A stretch of DNA of 64,000 nt from an uncultured Methanosarcinales archaeon (GTDB lineage Archaea; Nanobdellota; Nanobdellia; Woesearchaeales; GW2011-AR9). The position numbers and the translations under genes were made by a program. The stretch covers positions 6,882 to 70,881 of the forward strand of contig CAYSWQ010000003.1 in the NCBI GenBank assembly GCA_964434885.1. Direction: 5' to 3'. The notes beneath the pieces were generated by a model, which saw only the letters and a list, made by a program, of their open reading frames with translations, was not told where the DNA came from and did no database searches. Position 1 is the first letter of the stretch. Every line of letters begins with the position of its first letter. Shown piece after piece: positions 9,333 to 16,272 of the stretch.

Positions 9333-10402
9333 AAATCAATCGAGAGTTTCTTGTTTTTTAAATCTATCTTTTTTATCTTTTTTTCTTTTTGTAGTGTTGT
9401 TTTAATTTCGTTCCAATTTTTGGTTTTCTTTAATTTCTTGGTAATTTCAAGTAGTTTATTCAATGGTTGATATTTTTCATAAATTAATTCAGCTTTTTGA
9501 TTGTTTTTTTCGATTAGGTTTTTTTGTTTTTTAACAGATTTTTCCTGTTCTTCAATAATCTTTTTTTGAGAAATAATCTTTTTTTCGTAAGGTGATTTTT
9601 TTTGATTAAAATCAATTGTTTCTAATGCTTCTGAATATGTTTTAGTTGTTTTGGTTGGTTGTTGATTAGTCAAAGAAAAAGGAGTAATCTGTTCTAGATA
9701 AATATTTCCGGTTGGTTTTTTTAGTTTTTTTATTAATAAATTGATTGTTTCAATAATTTGTTTTATTTCTTTGGGCAATGTTTCTTGAGAAGTTTTGTTT
9801 TTATCAATTTGACTTAAAATGCAAACTTCTTCTGCATAAAGACCACCTAAACCCAATTCAATAGCTAACGTAGCAGCTAGATTTTTCCTAGTGCTTTGTT
9901 TTAATATTTCGGTAAGTTGATTTGATGTGAGGTTCTTCCAGTTGTTTGTTGAAGGAGGAGGAACATATTTTTCTTTTGGACGGATAAAACGGTCTTTGAA
10001 TCTTTGTTGATGGACAGCAGCTAAAATGATATTGTCTTTGTTAGTGAGAATTAGATTTCCTGGAGCAAATAGTTCGATGATTAAATTAAATTTTTCTTCT
10101 TTTTGAAGTTCTAAAATTAGAATCCGCTCTGAATCTTTTTGTTTGATATTTTTAATAAAAGAGTTGTTTAGATATTTTCTTAATTGTAAACAAAAACCAC
10201 TTGGTCTTAATGCTGATTTTTTTTCTGAAGCCAAATTTATTATTTTTCCCGGGATAATACGGACTATTTTTTTCTCTTTTTTGTGTAATTGAAAAAAGAA
10301 TTCTTCTTCTACTTGGTAAATTTGTGAAATTTTTCCATCTACTAAAAATTGTAATTCTTGTGTTAATGCAGTCAATTCCAAGGAAGCAATTGATTTTTTC
10401 AT
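9329..10402 (-). CDS. NFACT/RqcH (FbpA-like) N-terminal fragment
   Basis: 'FCLQLRKYL', 'ERIL', 'LIIELFAPGNLIL' and 'GLGGLYAEEVC', then coiled coil; no C-terminal NFACT-R domain. Confidence 0.85.
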   Translation of the reverse strand: MKKSIASLELTALTQELQFLVDGKISQIYQVEEEFFFQLHKKEKKIVRIIPGKIINLASEKKSALRPSGFCLQLRKYLNNSFIKNIKQKDSERILILELQKEEKFNLIIELFAPGNLILTNKDNIILAAVHQQRFKDRFIRPKEKYVPPPSTNNWKNLTSNQLTEILKQSTRKNLAATLAIELGLGGLYAEEVCILSQIDKNKTSQETLPKEIKQIIETINLLIKKLKKPTGNIYLEQITPFSLTNQQPTKTTKTYSEALETIDFNQKKSPYEKKIISQKKIIEEQEKSVKKQKNLIEKNNQKAELIYEKYQPLNKLLEITKKLKKTKNWNEIKTTLQKEKKIKKIDLKNKKLSIDL

Positions 10403-10529
10403 GATTTAATGGTTAATCTAGTTTAATTTAAATATGTTTTTGATAAAATTGATTTGGTTTTGGTGTGATTTGATAAATGAGTGACTAATTTAGTAAAATT
10501 TATAAAAATCTTTCGAATTATACGATTAA

Positions 10530-11561
10530 ATGAGAGTTTTAGCTAGCAATAAAGAAGAACCAAAATTAGATTTGATAGATAAAAAAATATTGTATTTGTT
10601 ATCTGTTAATGCCCGGTTTTCTTATTCTACAATTGCTAAACATGTTAAATTGTCTCGAGAAGCAGTTAAACAAAGAATCAACAAATTACTAAAAAAAGAG
10701 GTTTTATTGGGTTTTCAAACTGCCATCAATCACCCAATATTAGATTATAATTCCTATCATGTTTTTTTGCAATTAAATAAACTTAACAAAAAACGAGAAG
10801 AAGAAATTGTGAAAAAATTGGGGGCCGATTCGGATGTTAATGCTTTATTAGAATACGAAGGCAAATACAATTTTGAGGTTTCTTACTTGTTAAAAGATAT
10901 TCGGGAGTTGAATACTAAATTAAAAGAATTATCTGGCCAAAGTATCAAAGACTATAATTTTTTTATTTTGTTAGATACTGTTGCTGCCCAAACTTACTCT
11001 CAATGTTTGCATAAATTAGATTTAGATGTAAAGAACATTCGACATGATGGCTCTTTTTTTGGTGATCTGAATAAAAAAAGAACTGGAAAGATAAATTTGG
11101 ATGAAAATGATAAACAATTATTGAAATTTATTAGTGAAGATGCAAGAATTAGTATGACTGAACTGGCAACTAAATTAAAATTGAGTGTAGATTCTGTAAT
11201 CTATAGAATTAAAAAATTAATTAGTTGTGGAGTAATTGTTGGTTTTCGCCCAATAATTAATTATGCTAATTTGGGATATAGTGTGTATTGTTTGTTTTTT
11301 AAATTTAAAAATTTAAATAAATCAAATGAAGACAAATTTAATTATTTCTTTAAAACTCATCCGAATGTTTTGTGGTCTGCTAATTGCCTAGGTCCATTTA
11401 ATAATATTTCTTATTTGGTTGTGAAAGATAGTTTTGAATATCACAACGTGATTAATGAAATTAGAGAGAATTTTTTTGAAATTATTGATAATTATGAAAG
11501 CTTATTGGCTTTTGCTGAATATAAGTATGGTTTCTTTCCAGGTGGGTTGTTGGAAAATTAA
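10530..11561 (+). CDS. tandem Lrp/AsnC-family transcriptional regulator (two HTH-RAM units)
   Basis: Two repeats of 'LD..DK.IL..L...AR.S...IA....LS...V..RI.KL'. Confidence 0.9.
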   Translation: MRVLASNKEEPKLDLIDKKILYLLSVNARFSYSTIAKHVKLSREAVKQRINKLLKKEVLLGFQTAINHPILDYNSYHVFLQLNKLNKKREEEIVKKLGADSDVNALLEYEGKYNFEVSYLLKDIRELNTKLKELSGQSIKDYNFFILLDTVAAQTYSQCLHKLDLDVKNIRHDGSFFGDLNKKRTGKINLDENDKQLLKFISEDARISMTELATKLKLSVDSVIYRIKKLISCGVIVGFRPIINYANLGYSVYCLFFKFKNLNKSNEDKFNYFFKTHPNVLWSANCLGPFNNISYLVVKDSFEYHNVINEIRENFFEIIDNYESLLAFAEYKYGFFPGGLLEN

Positions 11562-11947
11562 TAGTATTTTTCTTGCCAAATTTCAGGCAATAGTTGTTTT
11601 AGTGTGGTTTCTTTATCTTCGCTAAGAATTACTTTGGTGTTTAGATTTTCTTTATTTATTTCGTAAATCATTTCTCGGCATCTCCCACAAGGAGGCAAAA
11701 TTTTACCTTCGTTAGAAATAGCCACAATCTTATTTATCTTATATTCTTTGTTAGTCACCATATTAGCAATAGCACTATGTTCAGCACAAAAACCAATTCC
11801 ACAACAAGCAACAATACTAACTCCCAAGTAAATATTTCCTTTATCTGTAATTAAAGCACAACTAACATCTCCTATTGAAACATTTTCAGAAACTTTATTT
11901 AAATGAGATATTTCTTTTGCTTTTTTAATTAATTCTGTTGGTTCCAT
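11558..11947 (-). CDS. cdd: cytidine deaminase, homotetrameric type
   Basis: CAEHSAI and PCGRCRE zinc-binding motifs. Confidence 0.9.
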   Translation of the reverse strand: MEPTELIKKAKEISHLNKVSENVSIGDVSCALITDKGNIYLGVSIVACCGIGFCAEHSAIANMVTNKEYKINKIVAISNEGKILPPCGRCREMIYEINKENLNTKVILSEDKETTLKQLLPEIWQEKYY

Positions 11948-11959
11948 TTAAAAATAATT

Positions 11960-12048
11960 AGCGCGGAGGGAGACTCGAACTCCCGATCAGAGGGTTGCAG
12001 CCTCTTGCCGTGGCCGCTTGTGGGCTTTAGCCGCTTGGCCATCCGCGC
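11960..12048 (-). tRNA. tRNA-Cys(GCA) with a 17-nt BHB intron in the D-arm (position 22/23; 12010-12026)
   Basis: Minus strand reads GCGCGGA TG GCCAAGCGGCTAA[AGCCCACAAGCGGCCAC]GGC A AGAGG CTGCAAC CCTCT GATC GGGAG TTCGAGT CTCCC TCCGCGC T. U73 discriminator; a full bulge-helix-bulge can be drawn. Confidence 0.92.
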
Positions 12049-12736
12049 TTGAGTTTAATGCGTTAATTAATCTTTGTTGCTTTATTGGATGTTCAAACCC
12101 AACATATTTAAAAAAGTTTCTGAAAGAAGATTTTTCTATATCAATATGAAGACACCTACTCCTACTACCATCTTTCCTGGTATTTAATTTAAAATGACGT
12201 ACTGGTGAAGACTTAACTCCAAACTTAGCCAACATAGATCTTAGTTGTTCAAAATATCTAATTCCAGAATCAATTAATAAACTATTCTTTGCCATTCTAA
12301 AACTTATTCTCCAACGTAATTTCTTTCCCCTAGTGATGTGTATGCTTCCTTCGTTATCAAATAATCCCCTCAAGTAAGAGCTTTGTATTTCTGGTGTGCC
12401 ATTGAAAACCCACTCGGGAACTACAAACGAATTATTGGTTTTATTTCCTACTGGAGTTCCTATCTCTTTCAAAAAAACACAGATTGGTTTTGAAATAATA
12501 AATAATTTATATCGTCTTGTGGAGTTTGGGCTTTTTTTGGAAGTGCTATCATCTACATAAATTCTTCCTTCTATTTCAAATAAATCGAAAAAACGTTGTT
12601 TGACTGCTTTTATTTCTTCTAAATTCTTTGAATAAAAAGAAGCAAGATATCTCCATTTATCAATTTGTAAATGACCATCTCCCGTTAAATCAGCTACAGT
12701 GCGAGCTAGTTTTGGATTTTTCTTTAAGTGTTGCAT
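11987..12736 (-). CDS. free-standing two-motif LAGLIDADG (DOD-type) endonuclease-like protein
   Basis: Motif 1 'LARTVADLTGDGHL' and motif 2 'YLRGLFDNEGSI', plus 'VPEWVF' and 'FFKYVGF'. No intein splicing motifs. The 3' end overlaps tRNA-Cys. Confidence 0.9.
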   Translation of the reverse strand: MQHLKKNPKLARTVADLTGDGHLQIDKWRYLASFYSKNLEEIKAVKQRFFDLFEIEGRIYVDDSTSKKSPNSTRRYKLFIISKPICVFLKEIGTPVGNKTNNSFVVPEWVFNGTPEIQSSYLRGLFDNEGSIHITRGKKLRWRISFRMAKNSLLIDSGIRYFEQLRSMLAKFGVKSSPVRHFKLNTRKDGSRSRCLHIDIEKSSFRNFFKYVGFEHPIKQQRLINALNSSADGQAAKAHKRPRQEAATL

Positions 12737-12771
12737 TTTCAATTACTACTTTAAATGCAACAAGTAAGAAA

Positions 12772-12808
12772 ATATAAAAATCCTACCTGGACTTGTCCAC
12801 TTGTCCAG
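12772..12808 (-). promoter_or_regulatory. conserved 26-bp element plus TATA box of the LAGLIDADG/tRNA-Cys unit
   Basis: Minus strand CTGGACAAGTGGACAAGTCCAGGTAG (12808-12783), then GA-TTTTTATA. Confidence 0.8.
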
Positions 12809-12839
12809 TTGATTTCAAAAAAATTATTTAGAAATAATA

Positions 12840-12978
12840 TGGACCTGAAGGGATTCGAACCCTCGATCTACAGCTTAGAAGGCTCTAGCGGGACAATTTG
12901 TCCTGTCGCCATATTTGACCCACGTTTGGGGCAAGCCCGGGAACTATGTTCCCCGTGTCCAGGCTAGGCTACAGGTCC
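12840..12978 (-). tRNA. tRNA-Arg(UCU) with two non-canonical insertions: D-loop, about 44 nt (~12914-12957), and anticodon stem 28/29, 20 nt (12885-12904)
   Basis: Acceptor stem GGACCTG/CAGGTCC; T-arm GAGGG TTCGAAT CCCTT; anticodon arm ACAGC CTTCTAA GCTGT is restored by removing AGGACAAATTGTCCCGCTAG. D-loop intron boundaries are approximate. Confidence 0.88.
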
Positions 12979-13046
12979 ATATAGAATTGTTAGAAATAAA
13001 GGTTATTTATAAAATTTAGTATTAAAAAAGAAATAAAAGAAAAAAA

Positions 13047-14168
13047 TTAATTAACATCTTTTAAACCCGCAGTTTCTACAAAAAAGCAAACTTCCCCGTC
13101 TGGTAAGGCAGGTGCATCTATTAACTTTGCCACTCTCGATCCTTTCTTACCTTTTCTCAAGTAAATTCGGAAAGTAGAGGCATGAGCCACAATATGTCCT
13201 CCAATAGAAGCAGTAGGATCTCCAAAGAACTGATCTGGTTTGGCCATTACTTGATTGGTAACATAAACACAGATGTTGTGAGTGTTAGCAACTTTAGCCA
13301 AGGCATGCATATGGCGATTTAATTTCTGCTGTCTTTCTGCTAACGTTCCTCGACCAATATATTCTGCTCGAAAATGAGAAGTTAAAGAATCGACTACTAC
13401 CAACATTACTTTTTTGTTTTGTTCGTTGATTAAGCTTTCTACTTTTTCAGCTAGCAACATTTGGTGGTCAGAGTTATATGCCCTAGCAACCATTATTCTG
13501 CTTAATGCATCTTCTGGATTCAAACCTGCTCCTTCTGCTAATTGGGTGATTCTTTCTGGTCGAAATGTGTTTTCTGTATCAATGTAAACCACAGTGGCAT
13601 CAGGATGAACATTTAATGTATTAACTGCAAGGATATGGCCTACTTGGGTTTTTCCAGAACCGAATTCACCAAAACATTCGGTGATTGCTCCAGTTTCAAA
13701 TCCACCTCCCATTAATGTGTTGAAGTTCTCTGAACCGGTGCTTATTTTAGATACTTGTTCTCTTTTCTTCAAAATATCCATTCCTGATTCAAAACCCATT
13801 TTCATGCTATCTCTTGCAGCATTAATCATCTTTCTAGCGACTGATTCAGAAACACCAGTGGTTTCAATCAATTCTCCAATTGTGGCAACTGCCATGGACA
13901 TCATATCTCGATAACCCGCATTGGCTAGTTTTTCGGCAGTGGCGGCCCCCACTCCTGGAAGGTCCTGGAGAGTGGGTTCTTTTTCAATCTCTTTATTGGG
14001 AGTTAGTTCTAAATTTTTTGTTGTTTTTTCTTCAGTGGTTGGTTTAGGTGTTGTTTCTGGTGTTGATTCTGATACTTGTTCTAATGTTGTTTCTGTGTTT
14101 TCAGTATTTGGTTCTGAATTTTGTTCTAAAATTTCAGTGGGTTCTTCAATTATTTTTTCTTTGGTCAT
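13047..14168 (-). CDS. radA: DNA repair and recombination protein RadA
   Basis: HhH 'DLPGVG', Walker A GEFGSGKTQ, YIDTENTFRPER, VVVDSLTSHFRAEY and 'IGGHIVAHAST'. Confidence 0.97.
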   Translation of the reverse strand: MTKEKIIEEPTEILEQNSEPNTENTETTLEQVSESTPETTPKPTTEEKTTKNLELTPNKEIEKEPTLQDLPGVGAATAEKLANAGYRDMMSMAVATIGELIETTGVSESVARKMINAARDSMKMGFESGMDILKKREQVSKISTGSENFNTLMGGGFETGAITECFGEFGSGKTQVGHILAVNTLNVHPDATVVYIDTENTFRPERITQLAEGAGLNPEDALSRIMVARAYNSDHQMLLAEKVESLINEQNKKVMLVVVDSLTSHFRAEYIGRGTLAERQQKLNRHMHALAKVANTHNICVYVTNQVMAKPDQFFGDPTASIGGHIVAHASTFRIYLRKGKKGSRVAKLIDAPALPDGEVCFFVETAGLKDVN

Positions 14169-14179
14169 CTTGCTTTCCT

Positions 14180-14458
14180 CTATTGTGCTTTGAATAGTTC
14201 TTGTTCTTTAAGAACTAAATATTCATAAGCTTTCTGTAACACAATACTTGCTTTTGGCAAGTCATTTATTCTTAAAGAATTGGTGTTTTGCCATTCGCCT
14301 TTTTCATCTTTGTAACAACGATCCAGACTTATGGTTCGATATTCGACTGCTTCTCCGGTTTTGTTTTGGCCTTTGTTAGACCAAATAGTGGCCGAAACTG
14401 ATCCGGCACGATACTTTTTTTCAGGTGTGTTACCTGTACTTTGGTTTTGGGTATTCAT
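14180..14458 (-). CDS. conserved small protein, putative PC4/Whirly-like single-stranded nucleic-acid-binding fold
   Basis: 'PEKKYRAGSVSATIWSN...TISLDRCYKD..GEWQNTNSLRINDLPKA' has a beta-beta-beta-beta-alpha pattern with exposed aromatics. It is the first gene of the radA operon. The fold assignment is an inference. Confidence 0.6.
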   Translation of the reverse strand: MNTQNQSTGNTPEKKYRAGSVSATIWSNKGQNKTGEAVEYRTISLDRCYKDEKGEWQNTNSLRINDLPKASIVLQKAYEYLVLKEQELFKAQ

Positions 14459-14545
14459 TGATACCACCTCGTTTTGCTATTCGCTTTTTATTTCAAACCA
14501 CAACCAATTTTGATTGCAGCGAGGGGTGGCCAATTGCTTGGCTAC
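14459..14545 (-). ncRNA. putative structured 5' leader RNA of the small-protein/radA operon
   Basis: GC-rich for this genome: GCCAA-GCAA-TTGGC hairpin with a GNRA loop, a GCAATCAA/TTGGTTGT hairpin, and CCACCCCTCG complementary to the SD-containing CGAGGTGG. Confidence 0.55.
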
Positions 14546-14567
14546 GTTTAGTTGGAGTGAGAGGTAG

Positions 14568-14603
14568 TTTAAATAGTCTACCTGGAGTTGTCCACTTGTC
14601 CAC
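14568..14603 (-). promoter_or_regulatory. conserved 26-bp element plus TATA box of the small-protein/radA operon
   Basis: Minus strand GTGGACAAGTGGACAACTCCAGGTAG (14603-14578), then AC-TATTTAAA. Confidence 0.8.
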
Positions 14604-14716
14604 TACTCTTTTTTTTGGGCCAGTTTTGGGCTTAATTTTCGTTTTGGAGACTGTTTTGTTGTTTTTTTTAAGTAGACAAAATTATTTTTTAAAGTGTCTT
14701 CTATTAAATTTTTCTG

Positions 14717-15178
14717 TTAAATAATAGTTATTGTTTTGATTATCAAAAAAGTAAAGATCAAGGTTTGAATTAATTTTTCTCCCCAACCATTAGTTTTGAA
14801 AAATCCTTTAATTTTGAAAGAAAATGGGTACATGATTGGAAGGCCTTGTTTAGTTAAAGAATCGGCAAGTAAGTGAGATGTAATTCCAATAAAAATTCCC
14901 CAAGCATAATATTCATTGAATACATATTTGGTTGTTAATGTAGTGAGGATTAAAAAAAATAAAGAGTGGAAGAATCCTCGGTGTTTAGAGAAAAAAGAAG
15001 TTATTTGGCCAATTAAACCTGTCCATTGAGTTGCTTTGCTGTGTTTTTCATCAATATCTGGTAGCAAGCTCCCTAACAAAACAAAAATTAGGAGCAGAAT
15101 TTCATTTCCTCCATTTAGGAATGGTTCAAAAAGGAAAAAGGAAAAAAGTCCTATTAAGATGTGGGTTGGAAATAGCAT
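14717..15178 (-). CDS. YdjM-like membrane-bound metal-dependent hydrolase
   Basis: TH, GSLLPDID, HRGFFHSL and SHLLADSLT motifs. Confidence 0.9.
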   Translation of the reverse strand: MLFPTHILIGLFSFFLFEPFLNGGNEILLLIFVLLGSLLPDIDEKHSKATQWTGLIGQITSFFSKHRGFFHSLFFLILTTLTTKYVFNEYYAWGIFIGITSHLLADSLTKQGLPIMYPFSFKIKGFFKTNGWGEKLIQTLIFTFLIIKTITII

Positions 15179-16161
15179 TAATTTACTTTGTTGAGTTCAG
15201 TTGTGGGGTTGGCTTTTTCTACAATTTGGGCAACAAATTCCAACCGATCAAACATCTCATTGCGATTAACCCTACCAATAACTTTGAATTGTTCTCCCAA
15301 AAGTTCGGTTTTTAGATCTTCAAATAATCCCATGTTTTCTTTAAATTTGACCATTTCTTCGTCAGATTTTCCTAACAAATTATTAGTCTGGTTCTTCCAG
15401 AAAACTCCCCGGATAGTTCCAGTTCCATCATCTAAAACTAAATTAAGAACATAGGAGCTAGCAGCTTCTACTTTACTATGTTCATTACAATAGAAACCAT
15501 CTTCTCGTTCATCAACTCTTTTACTACATTCTGGACAAACATTAAAATATCGGGGATCAAAGACTTGAACCACAGTACCCATTAATTCCACTCCCAAATC
15601 TCCTTCTTTTAAGATATCAATTTTTTTTCTTTCACGGAGTGTGGATTTTTGTTTGACAGTACCAATTGTTTCTCCTTCTGGATTGATTGAGACACTGCTA
15701 CGGTCATTTAAATGAAGTTCTACTTGGTTGAAGTTATTTTCTTTAGCATAACCAGAAGAGATTAGAACTACATCTTCTTCTTTTAATTCATTCATAATAT
15801 CTGCTTGGTCATTCCAACAAGCAATTCGAATAGTTCCTGAATCATCACCAATCACAAAAGCACCTATTTTCCCTTGACGTCCATTCTTATCGAATTCTCG
15901 GATTGGAAATTTTTGGGTTACTTTTCCTAGAACTTCAACTTGTTTCATACCCGCATAAATTTTATTGATTTTAAAACGCCCTTCTTCTTCGACAATTTTA
16001 ATTCCCATTTCATTGGCAATTATGTGGGCAGCGCCTTCTTCAGAAATCAAACCAGAGAGTTCATTAATTTTGGCTTTAATTTTTTCATCTAAATCTTCGG
16101 CAGATAAATTAGATCCTTGTTGAATTTTTTCTTTTAATTCTGCGATAGGGACTTTAAACAT
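15178..16161 (-). CDS. rpa: replication protein A large subunit (OB folds and Zn finger)
   Basis: 'GLISEEGAAHIIANEMG', OB 'IGDDSGTIRIACWN', CPEC...CNEH and 'LDDGTGTIR'. Confidence 0.9.
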   Translation of the reverse strand: MFKVPIAELKEKIQQGSNLSAEDLDEKIKAKINELSGLISEEGAAHIIANEMGIKIVEEEGRFKINKIYAGMKQVEVLGKVTQKFPIREFDKNGRQGKIGAFVIGDDSGTIRIACWNDQADIMNELKEEDVVLISSGYAKENNFNQVELHLNDRSSVSINPEGETIGTVKQKSTLRERKKIDILKEGDLGVELMGTVVQVFDPRYFNVCPECSKRVDEREDGFYCNEHSKVEAASSYVLNLVLDDGTGTIRGVFWKNQTNNLLGKSDEEMVKFKENMGLFEDLKTELLGEQFKVIGRVNRNEMFDRLEFVAQIVEKANPTTELNKVN

Positions 16162-16272
16162 TTTTTACACCTCTAACTCATTTTTTGGAAAGAAGATTTA
16201 TTTATAAGAATTTGTATTGTTTAGTATTATTGTTTGGTGAGGTTGTTGAGTAGTATTGTTGAATGGTGTTAT

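Noticed and set aside
11987..12736. LAGLIDADG ORF as an intein or as an ORF inside a tRNA intron
   Set aside because: No N-terminal C/S or C-terminal HN splicing motifs and no host extein. Both flanking tRNAs are complete on their own, so the ORF lies between them.
12755..12967. 70-aa plus-strand ORF
   Set aside because: It is the antisense of tRNA-Arg and the conserved promoter element.
14425..14724. 99-aa plus-strand ORF
   Set aside because: Antisense to the radA-operon promoter and leader; no protein-like features.
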